Positions 39,406 to 49,571 of a stretch of DNA of 64,000 nt are shown here, in pieces. Made by a program: the position numbers and the translations under genes. Origin of the DNA: Candidatus Limnocylindrales bacterium (lineage in GTDB: Bacteria > Moduliflexota > Moduliflexia > Moduliflexales > JAUQPW01); contig DATMBG010000026.1 in assembly GCA_035559535.1 (NCBI GenBank), forward strand, positions 62,001 to 126,000. Reading direction: 5' to 3'. Positions within the stretch are counted from its first letter, which is position 1. Each line of letters begins with the position of its first letter. The notes beneath the pieces are model-generated. The model made no database searches, was not told where the DNA came from, and saw nothing but the letters and a program-made list of their open reading frames with translations.

Positions 39406-40578
39406 TTATTGACAGATTAAGGAGTTAATTAGCTTGATATATCTTGCCCTCATAATCTCCCACTTGTAAGCTTGATATCTATTAAAGGCGTTTTCCGTAA
39501 ACTTACGAACTTCTGAGGGGTAGCGATAAACAAAAACTATTTTTTCAGCCAACTGGTCAGCGTCATCAGAATCAAAATAAATTACGCAATCCTCGGGGAA
39601 GTAATATAAATAGGTTTTTAATTTCGTTGCGATTACCGGAATTTTAAGATAAATCATTTCCGTTAATTTAAGGGAATAGTATAAATCGGAATAAATATCC
39701 TTTTTGGGCGGCAGAATGCAAACCGATGCGGTAGAGAGTCTTTCCATCATTTCCTTAAATCTCAGTCTTCCCTGATATCGAACATTATGAATAGCTAACT
39801 TGTTTGCCAGGTTTAATATATTCTCCAGGTCTGGACCGTCCCCATATAAATGGAATTCTATTTTAGAATAAATCTCTGGATATTTCCTCTTAATTATTTC
39901 TAAAGCTTTTACAATCAATGAAAGATTTAAATTAAAATTTATAGTCCCATTGTAAACAATATTAAATTTATCTGTTTTTTCTCTCTGAATTAGAGGTAAC
40001 TCGGAGGGATCCACTCCATTCATGACAACGGTAATATTTTTTTTTATCTTGACTCTGTTTTCTAATATCCCTCGGGCAAGATCATGAAAAACTATCACTT
40101 CATCCGCAAATCCAAAAGATGCCTTCTCTTGAAAATACAAGATCTTCATGATAAAAGAGTTCTGAGTGGAGGGTTTGTGCTGACACATGAATTCGGGAAA
40201 TAGTTCATGGAAATCTAAGATGATTTTTGAGCCTAGAATTTTAGGGATCCAGCAAGTAAATACCAAAAAATCTGGTAGAGTATGCACATGGAATAATCTT
40301 ATCCGATGTCGAAGGCAAAGATAAGAAACAATCAAAAAACTAAAAACCTCAAAAAGAAAATACTCCCAGAGTCTTCTCATAAAGGAAGATCTTTTCTTCC
40401 TTAAGGGAACCCGATAAATATTAATATTCCCATTATGTTCTAAAATTTTTTTGGAATCCCCCTTAATACAGACAATAAAAACTTTAAATTCATGGGCTAA
40501 CAGCGTATTGGTGTATCTTCGAATTCTGGAGTCTTTTGGAAATTCATCAAAGAATACATGACAAAGTTTCTTCTCCAT
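39406..40578 (-). CDS. GT4 glycosyltransferase
   Basis: DSRIRR, HVHTLPD, ILDFHELFPE, VMNGVD, KLTEM..LKIPVI. Confidence 0.82.
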   Translation of the reverse strand: MEKKLCHVFFDEFPKDSRIRRYTNTLLAHEFKVFIVCIKGDSKKILEHNGNINIYRVPLRKKRSSFMRRLWEYFLFEVFSFLIVSYLCLRHRIRLFHVHTLPDFLVFTCWIPKILGSKIILDFHELFPEFMCQHKPSTQNSFIMKILYFQEKASFGFADEVIVFHDLARGILENRVKIKKNITVVMNGVDPSELPLIQREKTDKFNIVYNGTINFNLNLSLIVKALEIIKRKYPEIYSKIEFHLYGDGPDLENILNLANKLAIHNVRYQGRLRFKEMMERLSTASVCILPPKKDIYSDLYYSLKLTEMIYLKIPVIATKLKTYLYYFPEDCVIYFDSDDADQLAEKIVFVYRYPSEVRKFTENAFNRYQAYKWEIMRARYIKLINSLICQ

Positions 40579-40621
40579 GATAAAATCAACCTTATCTTTT
40601 CCCTTTTTTGAAATAAAATTC

Positions 40622-42550
40622 TTATGACAGGTTATTCGACTTTTTTACAGGAACCATTTCCTCGAAATCTAAAATTCGATTTTCGAAAAACACCTTATGC
40701 CATAATTCGAAAGACAAAAGGGCAAAAATCTGACGTTGGTAATTTTGTTTACGACTTTGATGTAGGTCAATAAGTCGATTAATATATGCCATATTAAAGT
40801 AGTTCCTGCAAGTTGAATCCTTACTATTAAATATTTTTTTTGCAGTTATGGCTAGATTATTTTGTAACCATAAATCCATAGGCGTTGCAAATCCTTGTTT
40901 TTTTCGGAGGATGATTTCCTGGGGAAGCCATTTTTTAACGGCCATTTTATGAAGGTATTTATGAACTTTTCCCTTTAACTTTAAGGTGGAGGGCAGAGAT
41001 TCTAGAAACTTAACCAGCTCTATATCTAAAAAAGGAACACGCATCTCTAAAGAATTTGCCATAGACATTTTGTCCCCCAACAAAAGCAAGTTATCGGCTA
41101 AAGACATGCGGGTATCGATATATAAAATCTTCGCAAGAGAATCTTTAAGATGAAAAGTTTGTTGGTACCAGCGTTCGACTAATCCCAGATCTACATTGAT
41201 TACTCTCTTCTTGATCTCTTCGTTGAATAATCGGGCTTTTTGAGTAGGGGTAAAGATGGTATAAATCGCTAAGAACCTTTCTAATTCATTTTCAAACTGA
41301 CAGGCAAACGCTGCACGCTTCAGGCGTTCATTGCGTGGGAGTACTTGAACCAGGGTTAGGAGGGGAAGTAAACGTAAGAATCGGGCATATTTACTCAGGT
41401 AGTATTCTCCAAAATACCTTGCATACCCTGCTAATAGTTCATCGGCACCTTGACCAGCCAATGCCACCTTTAAATGGGTTGCTGCAAGTTTAGAAACATA
41501 ATATAAAGCTGTGGTTGACGTCACAGCGAAAGGCTCCTCCAGGTAATAAAAGGAGCGAGGAAAAAAATTTAAATATTCCTTTTGTGATAAACAGATCTCA
41601 TAGTGTTCAGAATTGATCAATTCTGCTGTACGTCGGGCTTTATGCAGTTCATTGTAATCCCCTTTACCTTCAAATCCAATGGTAAAAGTCTTTATTCTGC
41701 CAGAAGCCTCTTTTTGCATGAGATACCCTACCACAGCCGAATCAATACCACCACTTAATAGCAAACCCACAGGTACATCGCTTATCATCTGACGTCTGAT
41801 TGCATTTTCGAGCAATCTTTGGTATTCCAGAATTGCCTCTGCTTCAGAGATCTTCGGGTGGGGAATAGGTATATAATCCCAATAAGATTTCAGTTCCAGG
41901 TTCCCTCGAAAATCTAGTTTCAAATAGTGTCCAGGACTCAATTTTTTGATATTTTTGAAAAGCGTCTGGGGGGAAGGATTATATCGAAAGGTAAGAAAGC
42001 TATGGAGGGCTTCATAATCCAGTTCTTTTTCTATGGAAGGGTCCTGAAAAATAGCTTTTATTTCAGATCCGAACAGCAGTTTTCCGTTGTTTATGGTGTA
42101 ATAAACTGGTTTTACCCCAAAGTGGTCTCTGGCCAATATGAGAACATGTTTTTGTTGGTCGTAAATTGCAAAGGCAAAGATTCCATTCAAGCGTGCAAAA
42201 GCGGTTTCACCATATTCTTTATATAGGTAGATGATAGCCTCGGTATCTGATTTTGTCTGGAATATATGGCCTCTCTGCTCTAATTCTTTCCTCAATTCAC
42301 GGAAATTATAGATTTCTCCGTTGAACACTATCCAAATTCTACCTTCTTGATCGGACATGGGTTGTTTACCTGTTGCCAGGTCAATGATACTCAGTCGTCT
42401 GTGGCCAAGCCCCACCTTTTGGGTTTCATCGATAAAGAAGCCTTCATCATCAGGCCCCCTATGGGTCATGCAATCACACATCCGGGTCAGCAATTCCCGA
42501 TTAAGGGTCTGAGCCCAATTAAAGATGAATACCCCTGCAATACCACACAT
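40622..42550 (-). CDS. asnB: AsnB-family amidotransferase #3
   Basis: MCGIAG, HRGPDDEG, HRRLSIIDL, LSGGIDS, GQGADE, DKMSMANSLEMRVPF. Confidence 0.92.
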   Translation of the reverse strand: MCGIAGVFIFNWAQTLNRELLTRMCDCMTHRGPDDEGFFIDETQKVGLGHRRLSIIDLATGKQPMSDQEGRIWIVFNGEIYNFRELRKELEQRGHIFQTKSDTEAIIYLYKEYGETAFARLNGIFAFAIYDQQKHVLILARDHFGVKPVYYTINNGKLLFGSEIKAIFQDPSIEKELDYEALHSFLTFRYNPSPQTLFKNIKKLSPGHYLKLDFRGNLELKSYWDYIPIPHPKISEAEAILEYQRLLENAIRRQMISDVPVGLLLSGGIDSAVVGYLMQKEASGRIKTFTIGFEGKGDYNELHKARRTAELINSEHYEICLSQKEYLNFFPRSFYYLEEPFAVTSTTALYYVSKLAATHLKVALAGQGADELLAGYARYFGEYYLSKYARFLRLLPLLTLVQVLPRNERLKRAAFACQFENELERFLAIYTIFTPTQKARLFNEEIKKRVINVDLGLVERWYQQTFHLKDSLAKILYIDTRMSLADNLLLLGDKMSMANSLEMRVPFLDIELVKFLESLPSTLKLKGKVHKYLHKMAVKKWLPQEIILRKKQGFATPMDLWLQNNLAITAKKIFNSKDSTCRNYFNMAYINRLIDLHQSRKQNYQRQIFALLSFELWHKVFFENRILDFEEMVPVKKSNNLS

Positions 42551-42558
42551 AGTTGAGG

Positions 42559-43533
42559 TTACCCTGTTCTTTTGAGAATTATTTTATAAATTTCAATAAT
42601 TTTATCTGCTACCGCTTCTAAACTTAATGCCAGAACTTTATTACGACCATTTCTTAAACGGGTGTTAGTCTGTAAAACTTTCTGAAGAGCCGAGGAGATA
42701 TGAACAGGATCATGTTTAACAAGGTAACAATTTTCTACGCCTTCCAAACGCTCACGGATGTCTCCCACATCTACTGCAACAATCGGAAGATTGCAGGCTA
42801 AGGCTTCTTTCACAATGTTAGGTGACCCTTCATGGGCAGAGGTTAAAAGCAGGCAATTCACAGCATTTAGATAGTCTGCAACCATAGAAGGGGGTTTTCC
42901 TTCTACTGTGATTAGTTCAACCGAAGAGATTGACTGTCTGAGCAAATCTACAGCGGCTTTCGCCAACGGATAACGTTTTACCGGGTCAGACTTCCTACCT
43001 GCAAAAAGTATATAGAACTTCTCTTCAGGGAGATTTAATTCCAGGCGGTCTACTTCCTTTGGCCGGAATATCTCCAGATCTATCCCATTGGGTATCACGG
43101 ATTTTTTTTTGGTTATTAAGCAGTTTGCAAGTTCATGGGATTTAGCAATACTATAGGAGGATAAAATAGACAGTAAATTGCTCAAAAAACGATGGCTTAG
43201 AATCGTTCTCAGGGTATATCTTCCTGAATCATCACAATTGCCTAAAACATCATTCCCCATATAGGAAACAACAAGAGGAAGGGTTGTGGCGAGCCTTGCT
43301 GTCCAGCCTGCATACATGTAGTGGGCGTGTACAATATCATACTCCTTCGATCTGAGCTTTTCTCTGACCTGGTAGATACCCCCAAGGTATTTTTTGAGAC
43401 CACGTCCCTTCAAAACGCAAACGTCCGCCTGTATGCCCTTTTTTCTAAGGGAATCAACCTGGAAGCCAATAAAGGATCCCGTATGGGGATTTTCTGGACT
43501 GGGATATACACCGGTCACATGTAAGACTTTCAT
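42559..43533 (-). CDS. GT4 glycosyltransferase
   Basis: VTGVYP, VHAHY, IPNGID, SAHEGSPNIVKEALACNLP. Confidence 0.88.
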   Translation of the reverse strand: MKVLHVTGVYPSPENPHTGSFIGFQVDSLRKKGIQADVCVLKGRGLKKYLGGIYQVREKLRSKEYDIVHAHYMYAGWTARLATTLPLVVSYMGNDVLGNCDDSGRYTLRTILSHRFLSNLLSILSSYSIAKSHELANCLITKKKSVIPNGIDLEIFRPKEVDRLELNLPEEKFYILFAGRKSDPVKRYPLAKAAVDLLRQSISSVELITVEGKPPSMVADYLNAVNCLLLTSAHEGSPNIVKEALACNLPIVAVDVGDIRERLEGVENCYLVKHDPVHISSALQKVLQTNTRLRNGRNKVLALSLEAVADKIIEIYKIILKRTG

Positions 43534-43829
43534 TCTGCGTTTAGACGATAACTCAAGGAGTTCCCTCGCCTACCTTTCCAGGTTTTGCATCAATGGTAGT
43601 AAAATCTACGCTGGTGCGAGGTTAAGGTTTCTCCTTCAACTTTGTCCACTGTCGCAAGGGGAAGAAACGTTAAAATCAGGTTCTTTCCCTTCTAGGGTGG
43701 AAAAGAGCAGGTGGAAACCTCTCCGGTAGGAATTTCCTCTCTTAATATCCTTCTACCAGAGCCCGGAGTAAGAGAAAACCTTTGAATTTATGGCATTGGT
43801 TTTAATATGTATAACCGGCTCTTTGACTC

Positions 43830-46800
43830 TTATGGAGTTTGATCCACTACATAAAGGTAACCATCACTAACGCTGACAATGACTTCTACCTGTGCATCTC
43901 CATCTACATCGGCCAGGATCAAGTCCTGGATCGGATAAACAAAATTATAGGTCCACACAATCTGACCATCCCTGGCCCGAATGGCATATAACCAGCCGTC
44001 TCCACTCCCTACCAGGACTTCAACCTGGCCATCTCCATTTATATCTGTACTGACCGCATTGCTCAAGGCAGACGGTTTCTGGGTTTCAGGGGAAACGATT
44101 TTACCCTGGCTTAGGAATAAATCCTGCAAGACTTTTCCGTCTTTCCCCCGTAAGATCCGTAATCGCCCACTGGCATTGGGGATAGCTATATCCATTATCT
44201 GATCGCCGTCTGCGTCCAGAAAGGTCGGCAGGATGTCGGTCGTCTCATAGCCGTCATCGGCTAAAGGGAGTGACCACAGCAGGCGGCCATCCTGCGCAAA
44301 AACTCCTACTTGATAACCTCCTGCTGCAGAGATAATCTCCGGTTCAGGATCTTCATTTAAATTAACAGTAAAGAAACGAGCATCTTCATGACTGGGGTAA
44401 TGCCGAAAGAGGGTTCCATCTATTCCGCTCATGGCATAGCCCCAGATTCCTATTATGTCATCATAACCATCATTATTCAAGTCGTTAATTGCCAATACAT
44501 TTGGGAAGTAGGCAGAAAAAGCCCGTGTCCATAGAATCTTGCCGTTATCCCCATCTAAGGCTATATATCCCAGAGGGCTTAACCCAAAAATATCTAATCG
44601 TCCTTTTCCATTAAAATTTCCGTATCCCAGTACCTTTAAATGTATCGGGGTTTCCCATACCTGGGCTGTATCTGATCGAATCAATTTCTCTTGGGGTCCT
44701 AGTTGGGTAAAATACTGTAAATTTAAATTATCAGTTAAATAAAGCGGATAAAGAAGGTTATTAGATACGGATGTGGGATCTACAGTTTCTCGCCAGGTAT
44801 GAGAGGGAAACTTTACTTGAGCGGTCTGATCCGTACTGCTCCAAAAAATCAAGCGAGTAGCTCTGGCTTGTCTCTCCGGTATAGCCCAAACCGGTGCTGC
44901 CCAATTTCCAACCTGGAACTCACTCTGCTGAAGGCCTGTCTCCCAATTCCAGAAGGTAACCTTACCATTTTGGTATGAAACTCCCAGGAAGATTCCAGAA
45001 TTTGTTTCGGTTATATATAAACCGGATATGGGTACATCAACAGGCAATGTTTTTACTAACCGGGGAGTCTCGTTATTCTTATCCTGATAGATCCAGAGTT
45101 TTCCTTGATGATATAACCCAATCAAGGGGATAGTTCCCTCTTCCAGCCTTAGGATTCCCAGCAATGTGCCCTCCAAGGACCAACGCTTCTCCCATTTCGA
45201 ATTCGTCGACTTCAGCAACTGTAAAGCTCTGACCGGTTTATTAAGAACCGTTAGTAACTCAATCTGTCCATCTCCATCAAAATCAGCTCCGGCCACGGCC
45301 CAACATCTTATTAAATCCTTAATGAGATGACCATTTTGTCCATCATAAATATATACATGTTGTACCATATCTCTTAACGAAACATTAAAAACCACATCTG
45401 GGAACCCATCTCCATTCCAATCGTGGGAAGCATCTACAATTTTTTGGGTATTTTCATAATACCACGTCGTATCATTTGAGATAGTCCAAAGGGGAGTTAA
45501 CTGATTCTTTGTGTATTTCAGCACAGAGAGATTACCTCCATTAATAACCCGTCCACTCCAGGAATGGGCAATAATTTCTAAAGAACCATCGTTATCCATA
45601 TCTTGAAGAACTAATTCGGTTAATTCTCCGTAAATTCCAGGTTGTGAATATTCTGCCAGTATTTTACCCGTTGATCCATCCAGAACCTTAACGATGGGTG
45701 GGTCAAATACAACGACTTCGTTATGACCATCTCCATCTAAATCCCCGGCTTCTGTAGCATGGTGATTCCAACCCGGATGAGGGGTTTGCCAGACCGGATG
45801 ACATATACCGCCCTCTCCAAAGCCTTTGGCAAAGCTCCACATATAGGTGACCCAATTGGTTCCATTAAAGGCTGTGGAAACCCAATCTGTAATCCCATCT
45901 CCAGAAACATCTTTGAAGGTATTCCAAACGGCATCATAACCATGAAGCCACCCGTTTTCAAAGTGACACAAAGTTTGGCCAGTCAGTCCATCCAGTACTA
46001 TAAAGGTGAACCGGGGTGTTGCGGTCACCAGAATTTCTTTCCGGTTGTCTCCGTTTACGTCAATTACACGGACCAGGGATACCTCTGGTTGGAGATAAGG
46101 AGAAACCCATAGATCCCGTCCATCCTTTATGGATACTGCACGTATTCGTCCGGCTTCAGAAAAAATAAACTCCGGAAATCCATCGGCATCAAGGTCGGTC
46201 ATTTCTGAACTTCGCAACCGGCCTCCCGTAGAGACTCGCCAGCGAACCATGGGTTTTGTAATATCAGAAGATCCTGGTTGAAAACTTGTCTTCTGTAGGT
46301 CTCGTCCTATAACCGGCCAATCCAAGACCGATGGGGTTATATACTTAATTCGAACTCGTGTAACCAATGGAGAAGGAGCTTCAGTGTTGGTCCTTGTCAT
46401 TTTAATTTGATATTGTAAATATCGCTTCTGACCGAGTTCGGTAGGCACATAGGTACTTACTTCTTGCCAGCGTGTCCAACTGGTATCCGGAGTAGGTGTA
46501 GGACCTGTACGAACATACAGGGCAAAGGTGGATCGGTCATAACCTTCATGGAAGGGAGTCGCTATTCCCGGTTCGAATTGGATGGCATCTAACATAAAAC
46601 GCATAATGATCGGTGCATTGAAGATGAATTGTGGACGTACGGTTGCTACTTCAGAAGGTATAGATGAAAAAGAGATCGTACCTGTGTAGCGCTGCCATTC
46701 TGTTGATGTTGTAGTCTGAGTGAAAGCAACAATTTTCCCAATTTCTTGCCCCAGTTTATCATAAGCGATTACACTACCGGTTAAAGTACCTGATGGCCCA

Positions 46801-47453
46801 TCGGGGGTTCTAAAATCGACACTTAACGCATACGTGAGAAAGGGGTTAACGGCAATGGGTATGCTGGTACGTAAACCAACCTCCACAGGAGCAATAGAAG
46901 GTTGAATACTGTTCTGGCCCAAGTAAGCCCAATGCCCAGCGCTGGCCTGGAAGGGTAGATCACTCACCAAAGTATGAGTTATAAAACCATTTTCGGAACC
47001 GGTTGCCTCCCAGTATTCCAAACTCCCCTGAGGTCCCCACTCAAAACTGGCATTGGGGAGTAGATTGTGGGTTCCAGGAATACTCACTAATCCCTGGGTT
47101 CCGGTAATTTCAACCCGCCCAAAGCCGGCCGGTTTACCTGCATCAAAAATCCGACTGGTTAATACACCCGTTATAGCTCCTTCAGCAAGTTGGAGATGTC
47201 CGGCTGCGGTTGTGATGATATTCTGACTGGATTCAAATTGTTTAGCTCCTGTCCCAATACCTCCCGACCAATCGCTCTGAAGGAATTCCCCAGACAGGTA
47301 AATAGAGGAATTAACCCATCTGTTAAATAGCAAAAATAAAATCCCTCCCAACATTACTACCGGTAACAATCCAATATATAAGAATTTTTTTGAAACTCTA
47401 CGATGGGGGATGGAAGATACCCTTGAAGGCCCCGGATCTATAGCTTCTCTCAT
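43830..47453 (-). CDS. Large membrane-anchored protein with CBM-like domain and FG-GAP/PQQ-like beta-propeller repeats
   Basis: N-terminal TM; NLLPNASFE CBM-like start; many DxDxDGxxE/D motifs (DLDADGFPE, DVNGDNRKE, DLDGDGHNE, DFDGDGQIE, DINGDGQVE). Confidence 0.75.
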   Translation of the reverse strand: MREAIDPGPSRVSSIPHRRVSKKFLYIGLLPVVMLGGILFLLFNRWVNSSIYLSGEFLQSDWSGGIGTGAKQFESSQNIITTAAGHLQLAEGAITGVLTSRIFDAGKPAGFGRVEITGTQGLVSIPGTHNLLPNASFEWGPQGSLEYWEATGSENGFITHTLVSDLPFQASAGHWAYLGQNSIQPSIAPVEVGLRTSIPIAVNPFLTYALSVDFRTPDGPSGTLTGSVIAYDKLGQEIGKIVAFTQTTTSTEWQRYTGTISFSSIPSEVATVRPQFIFNAPIIMRFMLDAIQFEPGIATPFHEGYDRSTFALYVRTGPTPTPDTSWTRWQEVSTYVPTELGQKRYLQYQIKMTRTNTEAPSPLVTRVRIKYITPSVLDWPVIGRDLQKTSFQPGSSDITKPMVRWRVSTGGRLRSSEMTDLDADGFPEFIFSEAGRIRAVSIKDGRDLWVSPYLQPEVSLVRVIDVNGDNRKEILVTATPRFTFIVLDGLTGQTLCHFENGWLHGYDAVWNTFKDVSGDGITDWVSTAFNGTNWVTYMWSFAKGFGEGGICHPVWQTPHPGWNHHATEAGDLDGDGHNEVVVFDPPIVKVLDGSTGKILAEYSQPGIYGELTELVLQDMDNDGSLEIIAHSWSGRVINGGNLSVLKYTKNQLTPLWTISNDTTWYYENTQKIVDASHDWNGDGFPDVVFNVSLRDMVQHVYIYDGQNGHLIKDLIRCWAVAGADFDGDGQIELLTVLNKPVRALQLLKSTNSKWEKRWSLEGTLLGILRLEEGTIPLIGLYHQGKLWIYQDKNNETPRLVKTLPVDVPISGLYITETNSGIFLGVSYQNGKVTFWNWETGLQQSEFQVGNWAAPVWAIPERQARATRLIFWSSTDQTAQVKFPSHTWRETVDPTSVSNNLLYPLYLTDNLNLQYFTQLGPQEKLIRSDTAQVWETPIHLKVLGYGNFNGKGRLDIFGLSPLGYIALDGDNGKILWTRAFSAYFPNVLAINDLNNDGYDDIIGIWGYAMSGIDGTLFRHYPSHEDARFFTVNLNEDPEPEIISAAGGYQVGVFAQDGRLLWSLPLADDGYETTDILPTFLDADGDQIMDIAIPNASGRLRILRGKDGKVLQDLFLSQGKIVSPETQKPSALSNAVSTDINGDGQVEVLVGSGDGWLYAIRARDGQIVWTYNFVYPIQDLILADVDGDAQVEVIVSVSDGYLYVVDQTP

Positions 47454-47511
47454 TGTCGTTATTTTAGCAGATATAGCCTGAGATCATCTCTCAGGGATTT
47501 ATTGATCAAAA

Positions 47512-49086
47512 TTAGACTGTTCCATACTGCCCATCTATATTGTTCTCTATTACTTTAATCCGGCTTCGTATAGAAACCATAGGCTTTAAACTTGCATAGG
47601 GTAATCCTACAAACAGGATCGTAACCAACATAAATTGAGCTACTTCCATATAAGTATCAAAAAGAGATGCTACAAATATCAGCAGGGCGCACACCTGCCC
47701 TGCAACAATAATAGAATCTTTCCTGCTATCCCCGGTTTTCAAACCCTCAGCACTTAGCACCATAGAAAGATAGAGGGAAGCCACAAGCCACCATCCCATG
47801 ATTCCGAGTTCTGCAATAATCGCCAGATGGGAAGAGAAGGGATTTGTCAAAGCAGCGCTCCGCCATTGTGCCTGGACAGCCCACTCCTCGTCATATAAAT
47901 CTACATAATATTCCTTTGCCAGTTTACTCGTGAAAGGTTCAACGAGGTTGAATAATCGACTCCCCTGTTCCTTGTACATGGTATCAGAAGCTCGACTGTT
48001 TGAAGCCTTTGAGGAAATGGTTCCCGGACCGGCCCCAATGAGCCATGGATAATCTCTTGAGAGTATGCGTTGTGCAAAAACTAACTTATGGTTAGGATCT
48101 GTATATGTTGCAAGGTAATCCTGAAGGGTTCTGTTTTCATCCCCGACTAGATATTTTATATAAAGATTTCCAACATACGGAGTAATAAAAGCTATAAAGA
48201 GGCTTCCAAATACCAGGGAACCTGAAAAGAGGATCTTTGTTTTTATGGGTAGTTTTTTTGAAGCGATAATTCTTATGATAATATACAAAAATCCTGCAAT
48301 AATCAAAGAAATCAAGAGATGTTTAGTTTCACTTTCGAATAGGAGATAAGCACATCCAATTGATGGAATTAATACCCCTTCTCTCCAGGAAGTTATATTT
48401 GAAATCCTTCGACTTCGATCGAATAAAATGACCGTGAGGGCAACAATCATGATCAATGCTATTTCGTTAGTAGATCTCAAAGATCCGAAGTTTGAGTCGC
48501 CAGGAAACCAGTCCTTACGAAAGATCTGACCGACAAGAACAGGAATGAGCTGAAGGAGGGAGAACCTTATAAAAGCATGTGATAAAAGTTCTACTTCTCT
48601 CCAGGATATTCTCTCCATACTTATTCCTACCATAACTATAAAGGGTGATAAAAAAGTGATGAAAAATAAAACTAAGGAGAGTAAATTTAACTCCCTGACC
48701 TGACTAACTCCCCAGTCGATGAGGACCCAACAAAGTAAAAGCAACAAAAAAAATTTTATAGATTTAGACAATCTGGAGTTATGCCGGGAAAGCAAAACCC
48801 TGGGAATGTATAAGAACGGAATGATATAGGCTAAATACTCAAAAGGTGTAAATACTACCAGGATAATAGAAAGTAACCTGCTGATAGGAGAACCTGATAT
48901 AAATGAGGTGACTATAAATAAGAGAATCGGGATCAGGAAGATGATTTCTGGAACCCAGGCAAAGTGCTTGTTGAGACCGATGAGAATTAATAATAAAGAG
49001 GACAACAGTAAGAAATTTTTACCCGTACCTACAACCGGAATAGGTCCCATGGCTGCCCAAAGTGGATTCTTATAAAACCTCACCAT
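47512..49086 (-). CDS. Multi-TM protein, probable Wzy polymerase / O-antigen ligase-like
   Basis: More than 10 hydrophobic segments, large loop with LIGAGPG and SSHLAIIAELG; AT-rich; glycan locus. Confidence 0.65.
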   Translation of the reverse strand: MVRFYKNPLWAAMGPIPVVGTGKNFLLLSSLLLILIGLNKHFAWVPEIIFLIPILLFIVTSFISGSPISRLLSIILVVFTPFEYLAYIIPFLYIPRVLLSRHNSRLSKSIKFFLLLLLCWVLIDWGVSQVRELNLLSLVLFFITFLSPFIVMVGISMERISWREVELLSHAFIRFSLLQLIPVLVGQIFRKDWFPGDSNFGSLRSTNEIALIMIVALTVILFDRSRRISNITSWREGVLIPSIGCAYLLFESETKHLLISLIIAGFLYIIIRIIASKKLPIKTKILFSGSLVFGSLFIAFITPYVGNLYIKYLVGDENRTLQDYLATYTDPNHKLVFAQRILSRDYPWLIGAGPGTISSKASNSRASDTMYKEQGSRLFNLVEPFTSKLAKEYYVDLYDEEWAVQAQWRSAALTNPFSSHLAIIAELGIMGWWLVASLYLSMVLSAEGLKTGDSRKDSIIVAGQVCALLIFVASLFDTYMEVAQFMLVTILFVGLPYASLKPMVSIRSRIKVIENNIDGQYGTV

Positions 49087-49190
49087 AGAAGGTAAACCCT
49101 CTTAAAGCAAAGGCCTTTGTTCCCGACGGTCTATAAAGCTCAATTTTTAAATTTTTTACTCTGCCTATAGGTTTTGTAACAAAGATACTT

Positions 49191-49571
49191 CTACCCTGAT
49201 CTAGTAAAAAAGGTTTCGTAATCTCGCACCCCATATCCGAAAGTAAATGAATCCCCCAACATCATCACACGCAGAATATCGTTTTTTTCCTTGATATCTT
49301 TCCAGCTTCTAAAACCGAATTTATTCGTATAGGTGGCTACCCAATGATTATTTTTATCGGTCACTTCAATGTCTTTGGAGTAAAAGTTGTAATTCAATGC
49401 ATAGCCTGCCTGGGGATGGTAACGATATAAAAATTTAGGGCCGCTGGTACCTACTAACTCGGGTTTATCAAAGAGCGTTAAATAGACTTCGATACAAAAC
49501 AAAGTGAGAGATAATGCAATAAAAAACAGACCCAGGTTAAGGAAAAGGTTCTTGGCTTTTTTCAGGCCCAT
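49191..49571 (-). pseudogene. Truncated SGNH/GDSL-like (acyltransferase/esterase) gene remnant
   Basis: TM, TNKFGFR, RVMMLGDSFTFGYGV block I, then stop about 12 codons later; later SGNH blocks absent. Confidence 0.65.

Noticed and set aside
43534-43829. 300-bp gap as ncRNA or gene remnant
   Set aside because: No convincing structure, repeat or protein motif recognised
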